This document shows positions 50,201-59,297 of a DNA stretch of 64,000 bases, in pieces. The stretch comes from a virus: positions 1 to 64,000 of the IMG/VR virus record IMGVR_UViG_3300007512_000011; one strand, 5' to 3'. Numbering within the stretch: position 1 is the first letter of the stretch; each line of letters opens with the position of its first letter. A program made the translations under genes and the position numbers. The notes below the pieces were generated by a model. That model did not search any database, was not told the DNA's origin, and saw only the letters and a list, made by a program, of their open reading frames with translations.

Positions 50201-52757
50201 CAACTGATGACTCTATGACCTTTGATGCTGAATTCTTGATGGTGCCTGTTAGCGAGAAGTCAGAGACAGAGGAAGAGAGATAAGTTCCAGCAGGCCCTAT
50301 GGCAAGAATTGTTGTACCATTAGACTGCAGGCTGACTCCTGTCTTACCATCTAGTGTCAGAGATCCTGCTGTTGTTTCAATTTCAGTTGCAACTGAAGAT
50401 TCTATTACCTTCGCTGCACTGTTTTTTATTGTTCCAGTGAGTGAGAAGTCAGAAACAGAGGAAGAAAGATAAGTTCCAGCAGGGCCAATTGATAGTACAG
50501 TTGTGCCATTTGCTTGGAGGTTCACACCTGTCTTGCCATCAAGGGTCAGCGATCCAGCATCTGTCTCTATCTCTGTTGCAACAGAAGATTCAATCACTTT
50601 TGATGCAGTGTTCTTAATTGTTCCCGTTAGAGCAAAGCCAGAGACAGTTCCTGAGAGGCTTGTTTTAGCAGTTACATGTAGCTTACCAGCAGATAACAGG
50701 TCAGAGGTCTTGTTAAATGTGAGACCTGAATCGCCTCCGAAGGCTCCACCGTCATTAAACTGAACCTGTGTATTTGAACCTCCAGGGTCTGCTGTGCCGG
50801 TCGTAGCTGAAATTGTTAGTGCACCATCTGATCCTGTATTGATCGTTATGTTGGTGCCGGCAATCATGTACTCGGTGCCATCAGTTAGTGTTGTAAGTGA
50901 ACCGCTTAAGCCTTTTAGTGATGTGACTGATCCTGATATAACTGAATCACCACCAAATACTGCAATTCCCTTTGTTGTTGAATCCTTGGCACCTATTGAG
51001 CCGGAAATAAAGAGATATGTGTCACCTCCACCTGCTGAATTAGCTCCAAGCATGACCTGATCAGAACCAGCATCTACGAATACAGCATGTGTCTGATTAT
51101 CTGATTCTACTCTGAAATCGTTTGTGGCATGACCGTCTTCATTGAAAATCACACCAGCTGAACCTACTGAGATCGCGACATCATTTGTGTTGTGTATCTT
51201 AGTGTCAAAATTAGATTCACCGCGATTTACATGGAAAACATTTGCATTCGCATCAACGAATAGTGCCTGTGTCTCTGATGTAGATTCCACCCTAAAGTCG
51301 ACGTCTACACCGCCGTCATTAATAATAACAGCATCTTGAGTACCGTCTTCCTTGAGGAAGATCATGTCCCGGCCACCTGCGGCAAAGTATACGTTATCAT
51401 CTGTGAATCTGATGTAAGTGTCAGAATCACCTTCGTGATAAATGTATTGGCTTGCATGGATATTTCCACTGATAACAGTGTCTCCACCAAATTCTGTAAC
51501 TCCTTTTGTCGTTGAATCCTTGCCGCCTATAGATCCTGACACAAAGAATGCGGCATCAACACCTGGTGGAGTGCTAGTTGCGCCGCCGCCTGAAAGGATG
51601 TATACAGAACCTGTGTTTAGCGCTATGTAAGTGGTTCCACTGTACTGTAGATCAATGCCCGCTGCACCATCTAATGTGAGAGCTCCTGCTTTTGTTTCAA
51701 TCTCTGTGGCGACTGAGGATTCGATGACCTTCGATGCTGAGTTCTTGATGGTTCCTGTTAGAGCAAAATCAGAAATCGATCCTGAAAAATGAACGTTATC
51801 CTCGAAAGTCGTACCCGACACAATCTGTGCAACAACATTTGTGTTGATTGCTAGTGTTACTTCATTTCCAGCTCCGCCGTCTGATATTGTTAATCCTGAA
51901 TCTGCCTTAAGAACTCTTTCATTTGCTAGGGAGCCTGTTGCGGATATCACAACATACGTTGCACCCTTGTCAGCTCCACCTGATCCTCCACCAGTAGAGT
52001 TTATTGTGATCGCACCGCTAGAACCTGTTGACAGTGTAACATTGTCTCCAGCAACAAGATAGGGAGTACCGTCTGTTAGCGCTGTAAGTGATCCACTTAG
52101 TCCACTGTTAAACTTTGCTGTCCCAGTTGCTATGAATTCAGAAATTGTGCCTGAAAAATGAACACGGCTATCAAATAGTGTCGACGAAGCAGAGACGTGA
52201 AACTTTGGTCCTTTAATTGCTCCTGTGAGAACAAAACTTGAGACATTTCCAGAAATATGCAAATTACTGCTAAATTTCACACCAGCTGTGAAATCAGTTC
52301 CAGAAACCAGTGAAGGAATGTCGTTATAGTTAATAGCTAGTGTTACATTGCCGCCAGCACCGGCATCTGTCATTGCTATACCTGATCCGGCTGCAAGAAC
52401 TCTTTCATTTGTCATCGAAGCGGTTGCTGCCATGACAACGTACTGAGCTTCACGATCAGCATTCCCGCCGCCTGTTTGAGCACTTATGTGAATGAAACCT
52501 GTAGAGCCTGTTGTGATGATGATATTGTCACCACCCTGAATATAGTCTGTTCCATCCTTTAGACTTGTGAGTGATCCTGTTATTCCGCCCGAAGCTATTA
52601 AGACACCCTTTGTGATAAGATCGCTCTTAAATCCTTCACTGTCAAGACCGATCTGGAGCTTGTTTGGAGAGATTATTCTGTCAATCTTCTCTGTAAGCTT
52701 TTTTTGGAGGACTATAAAGTCACTCTTTTCGAGATCTTTTTTCTTTTCAGAAGGCAT
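47280..52757 (-). CDS. large modular tail fibre-like protein
   Basis: Nine TGTIKN..KVI.SS.ATEIET repeats, SGSLT.L.DG repeats, QVQFND.G.FGG repeats; C-terminal ETP.G.INGSN..FTL / LFVNGQ domain. Confidence 0.78.
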   Translation of the reverse strand: MPSEKKKDLEKSDFIVLQKKLTEKIDRIISPNKLQIGLDSEGFKSDLITKGVLIASGGITGSLTSLKDGTDYIQGGDNIIITTGSTGFIHISAQTGGGNADREAQYVVMAATASMTNERVLAAGSGIAMTDAGAGGNVTLAINYNDIPSLVSGTDFTAGVKFSSNLHISGNVSSFVLTGAIKGPKFHVSASSTLFDSRVHFSGTISEFIATGTAKFNSGLSGSLTALTDGTPYLVAGDNVTLSTGSSGAITINSTGGGSGGADKGATYVVISATGSLANERVLKADSGLTISDGGAGNEVTLAINTNVVAQIVSGTTFEDNVHFSGSISDFALTGTIKNSASKVIESSVATEIETKAGALTLDGAAGIDLQYSGTTYIALNTGSVYILSGGGATSTPPGVDAAFFVSGSIGGKDSTTKGVTEFGGDTVISGNIHASQYIYHEGDSDTYIRFTDDNVYFAAGGRDMIFLKEDGTQDAVIINDGGVDVDFRVESTSETQALFVDANANVFHVNRGESNFDTKIHNTNDVAISVGSAGVIFNEDGHATNDFRVESDNQTHAVFVDAGSDQVMLGANSAGGGDTYLFISGSIGAKDSTTKGIAVFGGDSVISGSVTSLKGLSGSLTTLTDGTEYMIAGTNITINTGSDGALTISATTGTADPGGSNTQVQFNDGGAFGGDSGLTFNKTSDLLSAGKLHVTAKTSLSGTVSGFALTGTIKNTASKVIESSVATEIETDAGSLTLDGKTGVNLQANGTTVLSIGPAGTYLSSSVSDFSLTGTIKNSAAKVIESSVATEIETTAGSLTLDGKTGVSLQSNGTTILAIGPAGTYLSSSVSDFSLTGTIKNSASKVIESSVATEIETRAGTLTLDGAAGIDLQHSGSSYIKLNSGSITIGDLSGSNTLGVAPPDIYISGAVQSELHLSGSVFADKLSGSLTTLADGSEYLIAGSSITLTTGSSGAITIASTATGGSGGADKAAQYVVLSATGSLSNERVLAAGSGLKLTDGGAGSNITVAINPNVVAQLVSGTTFTGNVHLSGSVSDFTLTGTIKNSASKVIQSSAATEIETTAGALTLDGKTGVNLQANGTTVLSVGPAGTYLSSSVSDFSLTGTIKNSAAKVIESSVATEIETRAGVLTLDGAAGVNLQYSGSSYLKLGSGSIIIGDLSSSNTLGVASPDIYISGAVQSKLHLSGSVFASKLSGSLTTLTDGTEYIIAGTNITINTGSSGALTISTTAASVAGTDTQVQFNDDDSFGGDAGLTFNKTSNLLTAGKLHTTDNAHLSGSVSDFNLTGTIKNSAAKVIESSVATEIETDAGALTLDGKTGVNLQANGTTVLSVGPAGTYLSSSVSDFALTGTIKNSASKVIESSVATEIETKAGALTLDGKTGINLQEDGTTLIAIDNGQNVIIGTAGKQIQLSGSVSDFNLTGTIKNSASKVIESSVATEIETRAGTLTLDGASGIDLQYSGSSYIKLNSGSITIGDLSGSNTLGVAPPNIYISGAIQSNLHLSGSVFASKLSGSLTALADGTEYMIAGANITINTGSSGALTISATTGTADPGGGNTQVQFNDGGSFGGSSAFTFTGTEVELNAESPKYTLRRGANSQDSKISFEGAAGAVGATITHESGTNDLRFDVFNGSSTEEILRLGDHYGTANRQVIFLSGSGIGSPDMQPRNALDLAFFVSGSIGSKGTTDKGTAVFGGDTMVSGALHVSQGISGSLTTLADGTAYLNAGSNVTITTGTAGQVTVSVSSTSNVVFNETPGGSINGSNTDFTLANSPEDGTVMLFVNGQLQTSGSGLDYTLSNKTITFSGESVPQTSDQLIATYSKST

Positions 52758-52858
52758 TTAACTTATCTTAAACTCTGGTATCACGAAGACGGCACACTAC
52801 CAGCAATAAATATTCTGGTAAGCTGATAAGTCGAATCAGACCTTAAATCATGCTGTAA

Positions 52859-54739
52859 TTAAATGCCGACATACTTGTCAATAATTGCCCAACCGTTTCC
52901 AGCACCGAGACAGATTAAAGTATGGCTAGTTTGATTTTCAATGCTTCCTATATTAGATGCTGCTCCGTCGATGACTGCACCATTTCTTGCTATTGTCAAT
53001 GAGTTGCCACCGCCGCTTCCCCCTGAGTCGAGTCTTTTTATGATGTATTTTCTTCCTACAATTGCATCTGCTGCTGGTGGTAATGTTAGTGTTACATTGC
53101 CTCCATTACAATCTGCAATTGCTACAGTGTGAGTCTCATCAAGTGCATGATTGCTAGCAAAGCTTGAGACCAGAAAACCAACAGATCCGCTAACCTGGAG
53201 TGTTGAACCTGGATTTGGAGCATTGATCCCAACTCTTCCAGATCCTGTGACAACTAAAAGATCAACGTAGCTATCAGAGCGAAGAGAGAGGAGGTTATCA
53301 GTATCTGTGCCAACAATCTGTACAGTCGCTGTTGGACTGTCGGTTCCAAACCCGAATGTTCCTTCACTTTCATCAAAATAGAAACCCGTCGTTGTATTGT
53401 TACCGTATAGATGAAAGTCTCGATTCGTTGTGTCAAGCTTGTTTTTGCCGGAATGAGCCATCAACGTCATGAAAGCGTCACTATTCGTGGTAGTGCCCAT
53501 CATCAGCTTGAGCCCGCCGCCAACCTCGAGATCTATCCGATAGTTACTAGTCGTATCATCAAGACGTAAAACAGAATCCGCGCCCACTATGTGTAGGATT
53601 TCTGCTGGAGAACCTGTTCCAATTCCAAGATTGCCCGATACAACTAGATCTCCGCCAAAGGCTGCGTGATTAATAGTTCCGCCGATTGCACCAGACACGA
53701 ACCAGTTCACGTCTGATCCTGGTGTACCTTCCTTAAAGAAGGATACAGTGTCTAAGGTTGGGTCTATATTAAGAACATGAATCTCAGCAGATGTGTCGAC
53801 TCTCATTCCGTACATAGAGTAAAAAGTTCCACTACTAAATAAATCTCCTCCAAAGACTGATGTTCCTCTAGCAGTAGTTCCTCGAGACGATATTGAACCT
53901 GAGACAAGGAAGTTTGTATCGGTTCCGGAAACTGTGTTGGATGCTATGGAAATCGAATCATTTCCCGCATCTACAAATAGCATGTGATTATTATTGTCAC
54001 TTTCTACACGAAAATCATTTGTAGCATGTCCGTCGTCGTTTAAAACTACACCGGCAGAATTTACTGTAAGTGCTAGATCATTTGTATTGTGAATTTTTGT
54101 TTGGAAATTTGACTCACCATGATTAATGTGAAATACTTCATTGCCAGCGTGGAGATATAAAGCTTTTGTTTCATTAGGCGATTCTACTATAAAATCAACA
54201 TCGGCGGCATTATCATTAAAAGTAATTTTATCTTGGGAACCATCTTCTACTATCGAAACAAAAGTAACGCCGCCAGCAACTAATTCCATTTGATCATTAG
54301 CCGGCATTCCAATGTATGTGTCACCATCCCCTCGACGTTTTAGATAATCCCTAAAACTTAAATCACCATTAACTGTGAGTGCCTCTACTTGTGTCGGAAT
54401 TCCACCTGCTGATGTTTCACCGATTGCAACTTTTCCATCACCCCGGACCCTGAACACTGTTGTTATCCCAGATTCCACATCAAATAAATTTGTTCCAGTT
54501 CCACTTCCATCACTGGTTACCTTTAGTCCGTGACCTTGACTATTTTGATCATTGTCAATAACAGCCGCATATTTGCCTGAAAGACTGGTGTATAAATCTA
54601 AAGCCGGGCTAGATTCAGCTCCTGAAACTACCATGCTTCCTGTTACAATTACAGTTCCATTACCACAATCAGTACCGCTTACAATAATTCCTTGGTTAAA
54701 CCGCAGGGTGGTGATACCGAAGTTTCTCTTTGTTGCCAC
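52859..54739 (-). CDS. tail fibre-like protein
   Basis: DFRVESD modules shared with the neighbour; GIGT..P...LH repeats; C-terminal TLTLP...IKR...IDG domain. Confidence 0.75.
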   Translation of the reverse strand: MATKRNFGITTLRFNQGIIVSGTDCGNGTVIVTGSMVVSGAESSPALDLYTSLSGKYAAVIDNDQNSQGHGLKVTSDGSGTGTNLFDVESGITTVFRVRGDGKVAIGETSAGGIPTQVEALTVNGDLSFRDYLKRRGDGDTYIGMPANDQMELVAGGVTFVSIVEDGSQDKITFNDNAADVDFIVESPNETKALYLHAGNEVFHINHGESNFQTKIHNTNDLALTVNSAGVVLNDDGHATNDFRVESDNNNHMLFVDAGNDSISIASNTVSGTDTNFLVSGSISSRGTTARGTSVFGGDLFSSGTFYSMYGMRVDTSAEIHVLNIDPTLDTVSFFKEGTPGSDVNWFVSGAIGGTINHAAFGGDLVVSGNLGIGTGSPAEILHIVGADSVLRLDDTTSNYRIDLEVGGGLKLMMGTTTNSDAFMTLMAHSGKNKLDTTNRDFHLYGNNTTTGFYFDESEGTFGFGTDSPTATVQIVGTDTDNLLSLRSDSYVDLLVVTGSGRVGINAPNPGSTLQVSGSVGFLVSSFASNHALDETHTVAIADCNGGNVTLTLPPAADAIVGRKYIIKRLDSGGSGGGNSLTIARNGAVIDGAASNIGSIENQTSHTLICLGAGNGWAIIDKYVGI

Positions 54740-54813
54740 AAAAACCTCACAGCGCTATGACACATGCGCAATATATTAAATATCACAGAGGTTATTAATT
54801 GGGCCGGCTATTA

Positions 54814-55758
54814 TTATTCAGTGTCCATACAGTATATCGGCTCATTCTTAACAGCATTAAGAAGATTCGGTAAATCTAAGCCGGCACAATCTTTTTTTGA
54901 CTTAGTGAAATTATAATGATTACAGAATCCATGAAACTTTCCCCTCTCGCAGTCTTTGTGAACACCTGTTTCAATATGCCCGTTTGAATTTTTAGGATAC
55001 TCTAGAGGAATTCCGTGGCCAATGTGGATAGCCTTCCATAGGGCCTTTAACGCTTCAAGTTGCACTGGGTAAAAATCCAAAAAGGGATCTAATTTCTTTC
55101 CGTGAACCCAGGCATTCTCCTGTATCGGCCTCTCCCCGAAGCCATGGTTGACATACCAATCTTGATACTTGAGATAGTACGCATTTGATATCTCAACTCC
55201 AATCCCTTTTGTGTTTCCTCCTTCAAATCGAGGTATGCCAGCATGCCATGCTTTATGCTGGGTATCTAGCATCTGAAAGATTGTTCCATCATTATCGATA
55301 AGAAAATGAACTGATACCTTGCGGTTATTTAAAACTCTCGCACAAGACTCTGCGCTGAGACATACGTCCCAGTGGTTTACAAAGAATGTCGGTTTTCGAT
55401 CGGGTTTCCCAGAATAATCAGTGTAGCAACCTTTTTTCGATTTAAACCCACTGGGCTCATCCCAAAGAATGACATTATTCCACTCGATCGGAATAAATGA
55501 TCCGTTGTGGACAATGTGTTTGTCACCAGAAGTAGATACATGTCTTCTTGACTTGTAAGATGAAATATTTGCCTCTCTCTCTGTCCAAATCCTTCTGTAC
55601 GTCGCAGGACCCACTAAGCCATCTGCTGTTAAACCATTTTTTTTCTGCCACTTCTGAACTGCTTTTACCAGGTTGACATCAAATTCATCACAGCCGAACC
55701 ACGCGGGATTCCACCCAAGACTGGCTGCGCTTGAACTATTGTAAAAATCCTTATCCAT
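54814..55758 (-). CDS. N-acetylmuramoyl-L-alanine amidase with peptidoglycan-binding domain (endolysin)
   Basis: AVQKWQKKNGLTADGLVGPAT; NHWD, SVHFLID.DG, AWHAG, GVEI, HY...K.DC. Confidence 0.88.
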   Translation of the reverse strand: MDKDFYNSSSAASLGWNPAWFGCDEFDVNLVKAVQKWQKKNGLTADGLVGPATYRRIWTEREANISSYKSRRHVSTSGDKHIVHNGSFIPIEWNNVILWDEPSGFKSKKGCYTDYSGKPDRKPTFFVNHWDVCLSAESCARVLNNRKVSVHFLIDNDGTIFQMLDTQHKAWHAGIPRFEGGNTKGIGVEISNAYYLKYQDWYVNHGFGERPIQENAWVHGKKLDPFLDFYPVQLEALKALWKAIHIGHGIPLEYPKNSNGHIETGVHKDCERGKFHGFCNHYNFTKSKKDCAGLDLPNLLNAVKNEPIYCMDTE

Positions 55759-56185
55759 CTTTATCTGATCCTGTATCCTTGAGAGATGCTAGGGATGACC
55801 TGTCTTTATATTTTTTCTTAACTTTGTCACTTATAGGAATGGCTTCTCCGTCGCCGTCGACCCTAAGGTAGGTTATCTCTGTTTCACAAACTGCTTTTTG
55901 TGTGCCATTGTATGGGCTGTGCCTGCGAGCTTCAAGTCTAATAATAATAGATGTGTTTCCAACACTTAAAACCTTACCATATATCTTGATAAGATGACCG
56001 GGTCTAACTGGTTTTTTAAAAATGCATTCTGCCATCTTTAGTGTCACCATTCTAGGTGTGTCACAGCACTGGCCTGCATATGCTCCACCTGCTTCATCGA
56101 GCCATGAAAGCATCACGCCTCCAAATAAATTACCGTGGACACCAATATTTTGCCCCTTGCATATGTGAGTTGAAATAAGCTCCAT
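55751..56185 (-). CDS. hotdog-fold acyl-CoA thioesterase (YciA-like)
   Basis: HGNLFGG.MLSWLDEAG, FKKPV, VGNTSI. Confidence 0.88.
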   Translation of the reverse strand: MELISTHICKGQNIGVHGNLFGGVMLSWLDEAGGAYAGQCCDTPRMVTLKMAECIFKKPVRPGHLIKIYGKVLSVGNTSIIIRLEARRHSPYNGTQKAVCETEITYLRVDGDGEAIPISDKVKKKYKDRSSLASLKDTGSDKDG

Positions 56186-56193
56186 TTAAGTAC

Positions 56194-56796
56194 TTATTCA
56201 AAGTCTATATCAACAGAAATCTTAATATTGAACTTTGGTACTCTCAGCTGATTTGCAAGACCGTGCTTTTTAGTCTCGTCGGGATCTAAAAACCAGTCAG
56301 CATGTCCTTTTTTATGCACGATTTTCAGAAAATAATCATCTCTCTTGCCACAGTTTCTTGCCATCATTGTGTAAACAATGTTGTTTAATCTCTCTGTTTC
56401 CTCAGCAGATGCCTTGAGCTCTTCGACCTTTCCCCTTTCCATTGATGATACGTCATGTATCATCACAGTGGCATTCGGATCCATAAATCTCATTCCATCT
56501 GTACCGAAGGAAAACAAGATAGCACCACAAGACATCGCCTTGCCCTCTACAATAGTTGCTATTGGTAATTCTGAATGCTTTACTGCGCTAATCATTGACA
56601 TCAAGCTATAGACTTGACCGCCGTATGAATCAATTACGACTGGAATGACTTTTTGACCAGTGTTGTGAGCCTGTGCAATCTCCTGGCTAAATGTCTTTGC
56701 AGCATCTTCATCGAACTTATTGACTCGAATTATAACAGGATTTTTTCTTAGCTCAACTTCTTTTATTTCTGGTGATATTTCTGTTGTCCACTTCAC
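56194..56796 (-). CDS. clpP: ClpP-family protease
   Basis: IDSYGG, AMSCG (Ser), MIHD (His), DWFL (Asp). Confidence 0.85.
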   Translation of the reverse strand: MKWTTEISPEIKEVELRKNPVIIRVNKFDEDAAKTFSQEIAQAHNTGQKVIPVVIDSYGGQVYSLMSMISAVKHSELPIATIVEGKAMSCGAILFSFGTDGMRFMDPNATVMIHDVSSMERGKVEELKASAEETERLNNIVYTMMARNCGKRDDYFLKIVHKKGHADWFLDPDETKKHGLANQLRVPKFNIKISVDIDFE

Positions 56797-56808
56797 ACTT
56801 TTCTCACT

Positions 56809-59274
56809 TTAACCGCACTTAGAAGAACCGCACGATTTACATGTAACACATCCTTCCTGGTAAATAAGCGAACGTTCAGCATGACAGGTATCACAAACCT
56901 TATCCTCATGTGCTCTCTCACCATTCTTAATGTAACTTTTCAACACCCTTGCTACAACCCGAGAAAAAGAAAATAAATCAGCGTCCTTATCCTTTTGTAG
57001 CTGTTCAACAATGTAGTGAATTGGCGCACCGTGGCGTAATGCCAGTGAAATTGTTCTAGTAAACCCAGCATGATTGGGATTGTCAAAGACAGAAACAACA
57101 TCTTTAATCACAAACTCATCACCATTTTTTCCAATTCTTAAATCGTATATAGAATTTTTTGTCTTTCTTGGGTGCTTAACAATAATTCCAAAAGAGTGTT
57201 TCTTTGGTATTTCAATGTACTTTTGGAGACCACCAATTACCTCATAAGGTCTTCCGCCGAGCAAGCCCACAAGGATTGTCCAGGCTTCACCCTTAATTGT
57301 GGCATGATGAATATTACAAGGTAGCTCACTGGGCCTGACGGGTGCATCGTGTGTTTTAAATCTAGTTTTCTTCTTTCGACTTCCTGAGACTAGCACACCA
57401 GATCTGCACCCATCTCGATAAACAGTCACACCTTTGCATCCGGATCTCCACCCCGTTATATAGATCTCCTTAACCGTCTCAACATCAGTATCAGTAGGAA
57501 TATTTGTGGTATTTGAAATTGCATGACATACCCACTTCTGGGCAGCTGCTTGCATTCTTACCTTATTGATCCAGTTAATTTCATTGGCAGTAGATTTATG
57601 ATACGGAGACTTAGATGGATCATCCTCATTTCCTGTGATATTCATCCACTGTTTGTACCCGTGGTGATACACATTATACTCCTGCCACTTGTCTCCGACA
57701 TCATCGATAAAATCTACACTAGCATTGACATCCTGACCAGTTATTTTCTTTCTACGTGTGTAGCTAAGAAGATATGCAGGTTCAATTCCGCTTGTTGTCT
57801 GCGTAAGGGTTGACACAGATCCTGCAGGAGCTGTGGTTGTCAATGCGATATTTCTACGTCCGTGTCGCTTACACATTTCATAAACGTCAGGTGCTGCCTT
57901 CCACACTCTGCGCAAAAACTCATGATCCTCTTCTCGTGAATGGTCATGAACTGGAAATGAACCCCTCTCTTCTGCAAGATGACATGAAGATCTATATGCA
58001 TTAATGCACAGCGTCTTATAAATTTTTTCAACAATCTTAATAGACTTATCAGACCCATACTCAACTCCCAAAGAAGCGAGTGTATCTCCTACAGCAGTTA
58101 CTCCTAATCCCGTGCGACGACCTTTGAGTGCCATATCCTTAATCTTTACCCAGAGATTTTTCTCAATTGCCTTGACCTCGTCGGTCTCCGGATCTGCATC
58201 AATCTTAGCCAAAATTTTATCGACCTGCTCAATTTCAAGATCAATCATATCATCCATGAGCCTTTGTGCTTTTTGAGTTACCTCAGACATACCCTCAAAA
58301 TCAAATTTTGAATCTGAGCCATATGGATTTAAAACAAACGAAGATAGATTTATTAGCATTAATCTACATGAATCATATGGGCTCAAAATTATTTCACCGC
58401 AAGGGTTGGTTGAAGTTGACCCAAATCCAATATCTGCATAGGCATCAGAGGGTGTGAGATTGATTGCATTATCCCAAAAGAGCAATCCAGGCTCTGCAGA
58501 AGCATGTGCTGACGAAACTATCTCATGCCAGATCTCTCTTGCATCATCCATTACAGTTATTTGTGGAGAATCTTCATCTACTGGAAAGCGTAACTCAACA
58601 TCACTTCCCTTTTCCACTGCCTTCATAAATTCATCAGACAGTCTTATCGAAATATTGGCGCCTGTAACACGATCAAGTTTTCGCTTAATCTTAATAAAAT
58701 CTCGAATTTGTGGATGATGGACAGATATTGTCAGCATTAATGCACCGCGTCTTCCACCTTGCGCGACTTCTCGACATGAATTAGAATATCTGTCCATAAA
58801 TACTTCAATTCCATCAGTTGTCTTTGCTGCATTACCAGTCCCAAGACCCTTGGGCCGAATTGTGCTAAGATCAAAGCCCACGCCGCCGCGGCGCTTTGCA
58901 ATCTGAACCAGCTCCTGATCTGTCTTTAGTATTCCGCCGTAAGAATCACGTGGCGACTCTATGACAAAGCAATTGGATAATGATTGAATAAAGTGATCAT
59001 TTCCAATGCCTGACATCGGACTTCCCTGTGGAACAATATATGTGAAATTCTTGAAGAGGCTGTAGATTTCTTCTTCTGTCATTGGGTTGGGATACTTTTT
59101 CTCAATTCTGGCAAATTCTGAAGCTAAGCGTCGGTGCATATCATCAGGTGTGACTTCGAGATAATCTCCCTCCTTGTCACAGAGAGCATACTTTGTCGCA
59201 AAAACATTTGCTGCAAGATTATCATCACCAAAATATTCCAAACTTCTTCTGATAACTTCATCAAACTCTGCCAC
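56809..59274 (-). CDS. nrdJ: class II (B12-dependent) ribonucleotide reductase
   Basis: LSNCFV, GGRRGA, TNPCGE, APAGS, KGVTVYRDG, C-terminal EGC..C..CG.SKC; no beta subunit nearby. Confidence 0.9.
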   Translation of the reverse strand: MAEFDEVIRRSLEYFGDDNLAANVFATKYALCDKEGDYLEVTPDDMHRRLASEFARIEKKYPNPMTEEEIYSLFKNFTYIVPQGSPMSGIGNDHFIQSLSNCFVIESPRDSYGGILKTDQELVQIAKRRGGVGFDLSTIRPKGLGTGNAAKTTDGIEVFMDRYSNSCREVAQGGRRGALMLTISVHHPQIRDFIKIKRKLDRVTGANISIRLSDEFMKAVEKGSDVELRFPVDEDSPQITVMDDAREIWHEIVSSAHASAEPGLLFWDNAINLTPSDAYADIGFGSTSTNPCGEIILSPYDSCRLMLINLSSFVLNPYGSDSKFDFEGMSEVTQKAQRLMDDMIDLEIEQVDKILAKIDADPETDEVKAIEKNLWVKIKDMALKGRRTGLGVTAVGDTLASLGVEYGSDKSIKIVEKIYKTLCINAYRSSCHLAEERGSFPVHDHSREEDHEFLRRVWKAAPDVYEMCKRHGRRNIALTTTAPAGSVSTLTQTTSGIEPAYLLSYTRRKKITGQDVNASVDFIDDVGDKWQEYNVYHHGYKQWMNITGNEDDPSKSPYHKSTANEINWINKVRMQAAAQKWVCHAISNTTNIPTDTDVETVKEIYITGWRSGCKGVTVYRDGCRSGVLVSGSRKKKTRFKTHDAPVRPSELPCNIHHATIKGEAWTILVGLLGGRPYEVIGGLQKYIEIPKKHSFGIIVKHPRKTKNSIYDLRIGKNGDEFVIKDVVSVFDNPNHAGFTRTISLALRHGAPIHYIVEQLQKDKDADLFSFSRVVARVLKSYIKNGERAHEDKVCDTCHAERSLIYQEGCVTCKSCGSSKCG

Positions 59275-59297
59275 AATTTCTCCAATTAAAACGGCCT

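Noticed and set aside
44345-52757. CRISPR array or diversity-generating retroelement
   Set aside because: The repeats are in-frame coding modules with synonymous variation; no spacer pattern and no reverse transcriptase in the window
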